DNA of 64,000 bases from Naegleria gruberi (Eukaryota), in assembly GCA_000004985.1 (NCBI GenBank), contig GG738877.1. One strand, given 5' to 3'. Position numbers and translations under genes: made by a program. Position 1 is the first letter of the stretch; each line of letters begins with the position of its first letter. The notes under the pieces are model-generated. The model was given only the letters and a program-made list of their open reading frames with translations, made no database searches and was not told the origin of the DNA. Shown piece after piece: positions 1 to 9,362 of this stretch.

Positions 1-1120
1 CAAGATATCTTGATTGGTATTGTTAATTTGATTAATAACATCTCTGAGGTAGTTATTTTCATTTTGGAGTTCGCCCAAAACACTATCTCTTTCAAGAATA
101 CCTTGTTCCAAGAAGAATAACTGTTCTTGGAATTGCATGAGTTGTTGTTGAGCTCTGATTTCAGAAGGGTCAGTGGAAGAATGGGATGAATGAGTGGAAG
201 TGTTTAACAATTGATTTTGATCTGAAATAACACTGGAATTAGATGTTGGTGTGACAGTAGGGGTAACCTTTTGTGTAGGTTGCTTTGGAATGTTTGGTTT
301 CTTTCTCAGTTTTGAATTATCAGCATTGTTAGTTGAGTTAACCATAGATGTATTTGGTTTAATTGCTGGAGCAGTAATATTCGAAAGGGTGGATTGACTA
401 ACAGAAGCTCTTCTAGAAATACTCTTTCTAGAAGCCAAGCTTAATCTGTTTGATGAAGCACCAGAGGATGTTGTGGAGGAAGATGATTGGGAAAGTCTTG
501 ACGAATTCATATTAGTGGACGAAACAAATGATTTCTTATCATTCAAAGTGTTAAATTTTCTCTTCTTTGCCACTTGTTCTTCTTCATAGGAAGAGGAGGA
601 AACAAGCAATGGATTTGGCGAATGTGGATAAAAAAAGTTTTGAGCATCATTAAACCCATCTCCCACCGAATTGTGTTGAAAGGCAAGTTGTTGTGGTTGC
701 ATCATCATTTGATAGTTGTTGTTGTTGTTGTGGTTGTTGTGGTTGCTGATGATGATAATTACTCGAATCAGAAACAGCATCGAATATATTATCAGATAAG
801 GGATGATGAAGGGAGGAAGGCATTGGTGTGGAGACATATTCTTGATATTCTTGTTGATGGTCTACTTCTTCTCTAGCCACCTGTTGTTGTTGTTGTTGTT
901 CATTGTTATTATTATTCATCATCATTTGTTGTTGCATCATCATTACATATTGTTGATGTTGTGCTTCGATTGTGGAGGCAGCAGATGGAGGCGAATCAAA
1001 TACTGAGGCCGGATCGATATTGTGGAGGATGGGTGTTGTTTCTTCTCCTTGTGATGAGAGGCATGGGCTTATCACAAAGTCATTGTCTGCTGCAGGGGAT
1101 GTTGTTTGATGTTGTTGCAT
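1..1120 (-). CDS. Q/N/S-rich nuclear-type protein with a basic stretch (KKRKFN) and a C-terminal leucine-zipper-like coiled coil. It is partial because the 3' end runs off the window start. The internal frame structure is unresolved; there is probably at least one intron or frame switch near 650.
   Basis: The ATG lies at 1120..1118 (MQQHQTTSPAADN...). The ORF 650..1120 ends at a TAA at 650. A second frame is open from about 800 down to 1 and reads ...NNYQMMMQPQQLAF...KKRKFNTLNDKK...S-rich...EIRAQQQLMQFQEQLFFLEQGILERDSVLGELQNENNYLRDVINQINNTNQDIL. The (CAA)n/(CAACAA)n tracts are open in two frames. Confidence 0.45.
695..905. repeat. CAA/CAACAA (TTG on the plus strand) trinucleotide microsatellite tracts that encode poly-Q/N in the minus-strand gene.
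   Basis: gttgttgttgttgttgtggttgttgtggttg (about 715-745) and ttgttgttgttgttgttgtt (about 882-900), with interspersed atcatcat runs. Confidence 0.8.
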
Positions 1121-1709
1121 TTTTTTTGTTTAATTTTTTTTTAACGAACCAAGTTGGCGGGAAACTTTTTTAACTGTCATCAAACGCCAATCTGTTAACA
1201 GCTTAATGTACAGCATGTAATGATTGTAAGAATCAATTCTCAATGTCATCTAAGTTGATGTTTATTAATTAATGAGATGGCAATAGTAAAAGTTATCCTT
1301 TTTTTTCCACCAAAAAGCGAGGGATATCTTTATTCGTTCTTTGGTTTTAAATAGCACTTCACCAGAACTACGATACTTTGAATTTATTTGATTTACTTTC
1401 ACCAGTTTGATTTCAAGTTTCAACCTCCTGAAAGATTCCAGTTTTTTGAAAGAAGGTCCTTGTTCTAATTTTAAACAACAACATCGAAACATTGAGGAAA
1501 AGATTGATACAAAAAGAACCCTGTTCCAACTGTTCCAATTCATTATCGAAAATGAAACAAACAATATCCAGTTTTCAATGGCATTTGAAGTTTTGTCACT
1601 GCAGAGTGACGTATGACTTGTTATTCGTTGAGACAATGCGAATAATTGTCCTGACCTAGCTTCTGTTAAACACAAACTAAAAAAAATATCATCATACGAA
1701 TCACACAAA
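1121..1709. promoter_or_regulatory. Divergent intergenic/promoter region shared by the minus Q-rich gene and the plus NHL-kinase gene.
   Basis: The two start codons face away from each other (1120 minus, 1710 plus). The only ORF here (1265..1762 minus) is low-complexity and has no homology signal. Confidence 0.5.
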
Positions 1710-4700
1710 ATGCCACCAAACAAAACACTCCCACACATAATTTTACTTCTTGCACTCCTCATTATGACATGTTCTGTTGTTCATTCTCAACTCGTGCTCT
1801 ATAACATGACAACTATAGCAGGAGGTGGAATTGATTTAAAAAATAGTAATTTAGCATTGTATTTCAAGTTGTCAAATCCGCACAGCATGGCTGTTAACAC
1901 AATTGGTGAAATTTTCATTTCAGATACGGCCAATCATCGAATTCTAAAGGTTTTAACGAATGGTACTGTGGAAGTAATTGGTGGAAATGGAATTTCTGGA
2001 TTTAGTGGAGATGGTGAATTGGCAATTAATGCCAAGTTGAATCGTCCAACTAAAATTGTCGTAGATTCAGCAGGGAGAGTTGTTTTTTGTGATAATTCGA
2101 ATAATAGAATTCGTATGATTTCGAATAATGGTACTATTTCAACTATTGCAGGAAGTGGTACTGGATTTGTACTGGGGGATGGTGGGTTGGCTACTAATGC
2201 AATTTTAAATATGCCTACAGGTCTGACAATCAATTCAATTGGTGAAATTTTGATTGCTGACACTAGTAACTTTAAAATTCGAAAGATTGATCTGAATGGA
2301 ATCATTACCACAATTGCTGGATCTGGAAATCAAGGTTTTGAAGGAGATGGAGGATTAGCAACAAGTGCCCCACTTAATTTTCCAGCTGATGTTTCTGTTC
2401 ATCCCACTACCAATGAAGTTTTCATAGCAGATTCGAATAATCATTGTGTCCGTAAAATCTTGACTAATGGTACCATTTTTACAGTTGCAGGAATATGTGG
2501 TGCTCAGGGCCAATCATCAGATGGCGGACTAGCTATCAACTCACGTCTAAATTACCCAATTGGAGTTGCAATCAGCTCAACAGGTGATATTTTCATTGCT
2601 GAAAGAGACAATAGCAAAGTTCGTAAGGTTTCTTCTAGCACTGGAATAATTTCAACTTTTGCAGGAAATGGAGTTTTTGGATTTATGGGAGATGGTAAAG
2701 CAGCTGTGAATGCATCAATCTACAATCCTTACAATGTTGCTTTCAATTCTGCAGGTGAAGCTTTCATTTCTGACTATGGTTCAGGAAAGATTCGTAAAGT
2801 TTCTCTGAATGGAATAATAACAACAGTTGTGGGAGAGTACTTGCAGAGTCAAGATGGTAAATTAGCAACTGATGTTGTATTAAATACCCCAAAGGGTGTT
2901 GCAATTAGTCCATCTGGAGAGGTTTACTTTGCCGATTCTGATAAATATGCTATTCGAAAGATAACACTTTCTGGAACGATAATAACAATTGCAGGATCTG
3001 GATTATATGGATTTGCTGGAGACAATGGATACTCTTCACAATTGAGTAATTCATATGACATTTTCATCAACTCGCTTGGTGAAGCATTCATTGCTGACAC
3101 TTATAATCATAGAATTAGAAAGATTGATGTTAACGGAATAATAATGACAATTGCAGGTATTGTAACTTCAGGATTTAGTGGAGATGGTGGTTTAGCAACA
3201 AAGGCAGAACTATTTGAACCGTATGGAGTTGTAACTAGCTCTTCAGGAGATGTATTTATTGCAGACACGAGCAATTGTAGAATTCGTAAAGTTTCGTCAA
3301 GTACTGGAATAATTACTACAGTGGCCGGTGGTACATGTGGGTTTGGAGATAATGTTTTGGCTGTCGATGCTCAATTGAACACTCCGTATGGAATTTCAGT
3401 CAATTCGAAAGGAGAATTATTCATTGCTGACACTAATAATCATAGAATTAGAAAGGTTTCGTCTAGTGGGTTTATTTCTACCATTGCTGGTAATGGAGTT
3501 GGAGGATTTAGTGGAGACGGTGGATTGGCAACTAATGCTAACTTATTCAAACCAAGTAAGGTCGTGGTCAACTCTATTGGTGAAATTTTTATTGCTGACT
3601 CTTCCACAAATAGAATTCGTAAAATTTTGACAAATGGAACAATTATCACAATAGCAGGAAATGGAAATAGCGGATTCAACGGTGATGAAGCAGATGCTAC
3701 AAATTCTCAATTGGGTTCTCCATATGGAATTGCACTAAGCTCAACTGGAGAAATTTATATTTCTGATCAAGGTAATAATAGAATTCGTAAACTAGTTCCA
3801 TATTGTGTTAATCAGGGTACATTAGTGAACGGATCTTGTTTCTACACAGATTACAATAATAATTCAACCAAGGATAATTCCAATGTATCCAATAATAATC
3901 AAATATTGGCAGTAGTGTTACCATCCGTTCTCGTTCCTGTATTTTGCATTGTTGCTGGTATAGTTGTGGTTTTATTGATTTGTTGTGTTATTTTCAGTAA
4001 GAGAACAAGAAAAGAAAAGTCAACTGAAAAAGTAGAGTCTGTTCCAAGAGATTTGGAAATGGCAATAGAAAGTCAAACACTTCAAACAATGGAAAGTGTC
4101 AAATCAGAACCCACAGATTTCCCATCAGAGCAAAGTTTGTACTTCCAATCAATGGTATCAAGCCAGTACAAGTCAGTAGCTTCAGAATCTTCCAGTAATA
4201 ATGCAGCTTCCAAATATAATATATTAGAAAAGATTGGATCTGGTGCATTTGGTTCTGTTTTCAGAGTAGAAGTCAAGAAAACAGGTGATATTAAGGCAGT
4301 TAAGGCACTGAAATATGTTGATCACGATGATTTGAACAATATCATGAAGGAAGGAATTCAACTTTTGAAAATGGATCATCCAAACATTGTCAAAGTCAAT
4401 GATATGTTTGTAGATAGTTCTCAATTGGTATTTATTGAAATGGAATTCTATGCCTATGGTGATTTAAGCACCCTGATTCAAGACACGAATACCATTCACT
4501 CAGAAATATTATTACGAAAAATACTTGAACAATCATGCCAAGCTCTCCAATATATTCATGAAAATCTTAAGATTGTTCACAGAGATATCAAACCATCAAA
4601 TATCTTCCTCAAATCAATTGATTTAGCAAATGATGATATTCATATTGTATTGGCTGATTTTGGATTAGCCAAGGATACACAGGGATCCATGGCCAAATCA

Positions 4701-5000
4701 TTTGCTGGAACTCCTCTTTACATGCCACTTGAATTGAGTCTAGGAGTTAATTACACATTCAATGCTGATGTCTATTCACTTGGTGTCACCATGTATCAAC
4801 TCATGACTAAGGATGTACAAACCTCAATAAGCTATCTCTACATGAACAAAAATTCTATTGAAACCAAACAAATATTGAGAAGTAAGATGGAAGCACCGAA
4901 TACTTATTCAGATCAATTGATTGATGTTGTTTTAAATATGATTGAAAAGGATATGGAAAAGAGACCATCAGAAGTTGACGTTCTCAATCAAATGAAATGA
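1710..5000 (+). CDS. Type-I transmembrane receptor protein kinase with an extracellular NHL-repeat ectodomain of about 12 blades, i.e. two 6-bladed propellers. Single exon, 1096 aa.
   Basis: Signal peptide MPPNKTLPHIILLLALLIMTCSVVHS. There are 12 recurring blades ending in N-H/N-R-I-R-K-I/V (NHRILKV, NNRIRMI, NFKIRKI ... NNRIRKL). The TM helix is ILAVVLPSVLVPVFCIVAGIVVVLLICCVIF followed by KRTRKEK. Kinase motifs are GSGAFGSV, AVKALK, HRDIKPSN, DFGLAK and TPLYMPLE. The NHL units are also repetitive at the nucleotide level. Confidence 0.85.
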   Translation: MPPNKTLPHIILLLALLIMTCSVVHSQLVLYNMTTIAGGGIDLKNSNLALYFKLSNPHSMAVNTIGEIFISDTANHRILKVLTNGTVEVIGGNGISGFSGDGELAINAKLNRPTKIVVDSAGRVVFCDNSNNRIRMISNNGTISTIAGSGTGFVLGDGGLATNAILNMPTGLTINSIGEILIADTSNFKIRKIDLNGIITTIAGSGNQGFEGDGGLATSAPLNFPADVSVHPTTNEVFIADSNNHCVRKILTNGTIFTVAGICGAQGQSSDGGLAINSRLNYPIGVAISSTGDIFIAERDNSKVRKVSSSTGIISTFAGNGVFGFMGDGKAAVNASIYNPYNVAFNSAGEAFISDYGSGKIRKVSLNGIITTVVGEYLQSQDGKLATDVVLNTPKGVAISPSGEVYFADSDKYAIRKITLSGTIITIAGSGLYGFAGDNGYSSQLSNSYDIFINSLGEAFIADTYNHRIRKIDVNGIIMTIAGIVTSGFSGDGGLATKAELFEPYGVVTSSSGDVFIADTSNCRIRKVSSSTGIITTVAGGTCGFGDNVLAVDAQLNTPYGISVNSKGELFIADTNNHRIRKVSSSGFISTIAGNGVGGFSGDGGLATNANLFKPSKVVVNSIGEIFIADSSTNRIRKILTNGTIITIAGNGNSGFNGDEADATNSQLGSPYGIALSSTGEIYISDQGNNRIRKLVPYCVNQGTLVNGSCFYTDYNNNSTKDNSNVSNNNQILAVVLPSVLVPVFCIVAGIVVVLLICCVIFSKRTRKEKSTEKVESVPRDLEMAIESQTLQTMESVKSEPTDFPSEQSLYFQSMVSSQYKSVASESSSNNAASKYNILEKIGSGAFGSVFRVEVKKTGDIKAVKALKYVDHDDLNNIMKEGIQLLKMDHPNIVKVNDMFVDSSQLVFIEMEFYAYGDLSTLIQDTNTIHSEILLRKILEQSCQALQYIHENLKIVHRDIKPSNIFLKSIDLANDDIHIVLADFGLAKDTQGSMAKSFAGTPLYMPLELSLGVNYTFNADVYSLGVTMYQLMTKDVQTSISYLYMNKNSIETKQILRSKMEAPNTYSDQLIDVVLNMIEKDMEKRPSEVDVLNQMK

Positions 5001-5947
5001 ATTTGATATTTATTGGAATGAGATCCAGTCCTTCCAAGTGAGCTCGGGTGGATATGATATTTAATCTTTTCATTAAAATATTAAACCTTCCTTCATGTAA
5101 TTCTTCAAAACTAGTTGTTTTCCAATACATAATCCTCCAAATGGGTTCATTCACTTTTGCCAATGATTAATTCAAAAAATTTTAGATGACTTGGTAATCA
5201 GATCTCATAATCCATAAGGCACACATGGTTCTGTATCCGAAACCAAGCCTCCACAGAAAAGCAAACAAGTATCAATGTAGCAGAGGAATAGTTGAACCCT
5301 TTCGAGACCAACTAAGATGAAGGTGAAGAGAAAGAGACCTGATCCGAATCGCAGTTTCGTGTTTAAAAGCGTAAAGTTGTACATCAGGTTGCAGAAGAGT
5401 AGTCATCTCCGAAAATTCAAACCTAAATTGAAAGTGTTCTTGGTGCAACTGTTCAACAATAATTGAGAGAACATGTGGTTTGAAATTAATAAAATATTTG
5501 ATTTTTACTAATTTTATAAAAAAGAAATAAAGATTTTTCTCTCTTTCTTAATGCCACCAATTTCCCGCCACTAACAAGACAGATTGTGAAAATGAAATAT
5601 TTAAACAATAACAATATCATGTGTTTTTTCTCAAGTGACTCCAATTTTACAACAGAAATATAAATGGAAAAGGAAAGTGGGTTATTAATGTTTGTTTGCC
5701 AAATGAACAATTAGCAAGTTGTTTCAGTTTTGAATAGTTCTTAAAAGAAAAGTAGATGCCAACTGTATTCTCTTGATGAAATTCTTTTGCACCATTAACA
5801 ACCACAAATTCCTTTTATTGGATAACCAGCATTGCATGTCATTCCAATTCTTTGATGTTTGACTTTTCAAGTCCCGTTAAAACCAACATTGAATGGTAGC
5901 AAGAAGCAATCATCAACATCATCCTTTATTCTCTACAACAAAAAAGA

Positions 5948-7947
5948 ATGTCCCATCATCACTACACAGACTCCTCACAAATGACTGATGACGTTGTTAA
6001 TCAAGTCATTCAAGACGAAATGTCCATCGATCAAGATATGATGAATAATAATCAAGGCTCATCATCAGAACAACAACAACAAGCACATCACCAAGAACAT
6101 TTCGAAGAACAAATCCAACAATCTATATCTCAATCCAAAATACCGGCAACTTCCTTTTCTAAATTAGCCAGATTGCAACAACAACAAGAACCTGAATATG
6201 ATCAATTAGAGGCTAAGGAACTTGATGGAGAAGTATTTGATGTTCAGAGAAAGTATCAATTAGAAGCAATTAGAGGACAGGTATGTTTTATTAGAAGAAT
6301 ACAACAAGTGTTTATCAAAACTTTTTAATTATTCATGATAATGATGATACTGCTTGTTGTTGTTTAATGTTTGCTACAATCATGATTCTTGAACCACACA
6401 ATTCACAACACGTTTTATTTTGTATAAATCGTTACAATCATCATTATCAATTGACTATTTGATGATTTTACAAATATTAATAATAATAATTATCAAATCT
6501 ATTTAAAATTATAGGGAAGTTATGGTGTAGTTGCAAGTGCCATGAATACAAGAACTGGTCACAAATGCGCCGTTAAAAAGAACAAGAATGTCTTTCCAAG
6601 AGTTTCAAAGAATAATGAAGCCACTGTTCCTCACCGATCCAAAATGTCACAGAAGAGAATTTTGAGAGAATTGAAAATCCTCCAACACTTGTATCATCCA
6701 AATATTGTCAGATTGGTTGATGTTGTTCCTCCAAGAGATTACGATAGTTTCGGTGATGTTTACTTTGTTACAGAATTGATGGAAGGTAAGTACTGAATTG
6801 AGTAATAGTTTGGGAAAATGTTTTGTAACAATTATAACAATTATTGAATAACTATGGAAATGAATAGCCGATTTAAGAGATATCCTTTCCAGTGATCAAC
6901 CATTGACCGATCAACATGTTAAATATTTTGTATATCAAATTTTATTAGCTGTACATTATACACAAAGTGCAAATATTCTTCACAGGTATGTAGTTGAGTT
7001 GTTGAATAGTTTTAAATTTATTCTTTTAATGCAGAGATTTGAAACCAGAAAACATTTTATTGAATAGCAATTGTGAATTAAAGATTTGTGACTTTGGACT
7101 TGCCAGAGGAATTGATTTTGATCAAGATCCTAGAATGAGTACAAACTATGTACAAACTCGTTGGTACAGAGCTCCTGAATTGATTTTAAATAATGATATT
7201 GTTTCTAAGGAAACTGATATGTGGTCAATCGGATGTATTATGGCTGAATTGATGGGAAGAAAGGTTTTATTTAGAGGAACTTGTGCAGTTGACCAAATGA
7301 GACGTATTGTCACAACACTGGGTACACCAAATGCTGAAGATATCAAGGGATCTGATCAAGGTATTGAATTCATGGCAACTCTTCCAAAATCTGAAGGAAA
7401 AGATTTTTTCAAACTCTTCTCCAATTGTAATGTACTTGCCATTGATTTGTTAAAGAGAATGTTAGAATTCAATCATGAAAAGAGAATTACAACAGAACAA
7501 GCTATTCGTCATCAATACTTTGCTGACTTGTTCGAAGAAAGTGATATTGTCAATTGTGATGCTCTCTTTGATTTTTCATGGGAAGATAAGTTAATTGACT
7601 CTGAAGATATCAAACGTGAATGTTATGATTCAATTATCAAATATAGGAAGGATAAGACAAATAATAGAAATTCATACATGTATCCAAATATTTCACTTAT
7701 TGAACAAAAGAAGAAGATGATCAGAGAAAGAAGACAAAAAGAACAATTAGCTAAGCAACAACAAGAAGAAGTTCTGAGAAAGCAAAAGGAAGAACAATTA
7801 AAGAAACAACAAGATGAAGAAGATGAAAGAAATAGACAAGAACAATCCAATTCAACATCAACAAGCTCTCAAACCAGAGAACGAAAAGGAACAGGAACTG
7901 GAGGTAAATTCAAACTTTTCAAGAAAGTTAGAGAATTACTTCAATAA
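5948..7947 (+). CDS. MAP kinase (ERK-like) with a Q-rich N-terminal extension and a K/E/Q-rich C-terminal tail. Four exons: 5948..6280, 6515..6785, 6868..6985, 7035..7947.
   Basis: IRGQ|GSYGVVASA spans intron 1 and forms the Gly loop. AVKK, TELME|ADLRDI, HYTQSANILHR|DLKPENILL and DFGLARG are present. The activation loop reads MSTNYVQTRWYRAPE, and the CD-domain-like sequence is DLLKRMLEFNHEKRIT. Donors are gtatgt/gtaagt and acceptors are atag/gcag. Confidence 0.8.
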
Positions 7948-8084
7948 TCCAAGTTTAGTTCCATACCATGTAAAAAGTAAATAAAAATTGAAAAATCTCA
8001 AAGCTGGTCTTGGTTAATTTGTAATTATGTTTTTCTAATTCAAATGAAAATTTCAAAAATCATAAAAGTATTAAATTAAAAAAA

Positions 8085-8400
8085 TGTTCAACATTGTCAA
8101 AACGAGGAAAGACATCTCACCACAAATTATCGAACCAAACAAGCTGAGAGCCACAGGAGATGAGGCTTGGGCTTCAGCATTTATTTATCCTAACAGGTAA
8201 GGATTAATTAATTGTGCAATAATATTCAACATATGATGATCGGAAGTTGGAAGATGAGTAATGCCTCTAAACGTGTACTATTGAAGGAAAATTATCAAAC
8301 TAGCTTACCTTTCATTGCTTTCTATACGAGAGAATCATTAGTATTATTTATTCTGCTATTGTTGATTGTTATTTATTTATTATTTAAATTCTTGTTCTAA
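8085..8400 (+). CDS. Possible small tail-anchored membrane protein. The two-exon model is speculative.
   Basis: ATG near 8085 reads MFNIVKTRKDISPQIIEPNKLRATGDEAWASAFIYPNR, followed by a gtaagg donor at about 8198. Downstream ORF 8212..8400 ends in the hydrophobic tail SLVLFILLLLIVIYLLFKFLF. No homolog was recognised. Confidence 0.2.
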
Positions 8401-8443
8401 TCAAGAAAACAACAACTAGGATTTTCCGAGAATGATAGTATAT

Positions 8444-9043
8444 TTATTCATCATCTAATCTTTTAGACTCTTCTGTATTATTACAGAAGAAAACCTGTTG
8501 CTTTTGATAAAAATCGTCAACATTATTGGTTGACAGAAATGAAGACGGAAGAAGCACACTAAGTATTGACAATGATAAAACAAGATCACTCGAAAGAGTG
8601 TCTGAATTAATTTCATCAATTAATTGTGTTTTGATTTTCTCTAGGAATAATTCTATCAACTCCTTATCGAAATAGTACAGTATTGATTTTGTTGGATATT
8701 CATGTAATAATACTCCATCAAATGAAGAAGGAGTATTGGAATTTGTTGATGAATGAATTGGCATTGTAAAATGATTATTTCCAAAGAATGGTGATCGGAA
8801 TGTCAAGGCTTCATCACTAATAACTTTACAATTTGAACATTTAGCATAGAGTGGCATAGAATGATTGGAAATCGTCTCGGAAATGCTTTGTATTATTCCA
8901 ATAATTTGATTAGTCTTTTTAATTAAATCCTTTTCAATAATTGATTTATGAATCACCTTCTGTAGCTTTCTAAATTTCCTCTTCAAATCATCCTCCACAG
9001 TACTCAATGTGTTCTTTTCGTTCATATTTTTGAGAGAAAGCAT
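8444..9043 (-). CDS. Hypothetical protein, 199 aa, single exon.
   Basis: Clean ORF on the minus strand (MLSLKNMNEKNTLSTVEDDLKRKFRKLQK...) with codon usage typical of this window. I recognised no conserved motif. Confidence 0.4.
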   Translation of the reverse strand: MLSLKNMNEKNTLSTVEDDLKRKFRKLQKVIHKSIIEKDLIKKTNQIIGIIQSISETISNHSMPLYAKCSNCKVISDEALTFRSPFFGNNHFTMPIHSSTNSNTPSSFDGVLLHEYPTKSILYYFDKELIELFLEKIKTQLIDEINSDTLSSDLVLSLSILSVLLPSSFLSTNNVDDFYQKQQVFFCNNTEESKRLDDE

Positions 9044-9362
9044 TTAGAAAGTGCACAAGAGAAAATGTTTGAAAATCTTGTATGCGGTTTCTTTTGAAAA
9101 TTGCACCACTTGTTCATTTTCCAATATCCATAATAGCGAAGTCAAGGACTCACTTGGCAATGAACATTGTCACAAAAAACAACCTTGCTCATGATTGCTT
9201 GAAGAACAAGACAATAAAATTCCCCATAACAGAATTCATCAACAACAGCCATCACTAAAAACAAAATTTCTATTTTTTTGACGATTTAAAAAAAAAATTA
9301 CATCAACACGTCTCTTCTGGACAAGTCTTTTTCTTCGAATCCTTTGAGAGCAGCATTTTCCG

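Noticed and set aside
1265-1762. Minus-strand 165-aa ORF in the divergent promoter and 5' end of the NHL-kinase gene
   Set aside because: It overlaps the kinase start codon and signal peptide on the opposite strand, has no motif, and has atypical composition. I treat it as noise.
1934-2311. Antisense ORFs inside the NHL-kinase gene (1934..2311 minus, 3440..3679 minus, and the plus-frame ORF 3388..3630)
   Set aside because: They lie entirely within a strongly supported 1096-aa CDS. They are shadows of the periodic NHL-repeat coding sequence (low-complexity I/P/N-rich translations), not genes.
5948-6280. snoRNA hosted in the long AT-rich introns (MAPK intron 1, PA2G4 intron 1), which contain UGAUGA-like boxes
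   Set aside because: No matching CUGA D box or terminal stem was found, and UGAUGA occurs by chance in AT-rich sequence. The evidence is insufficient.
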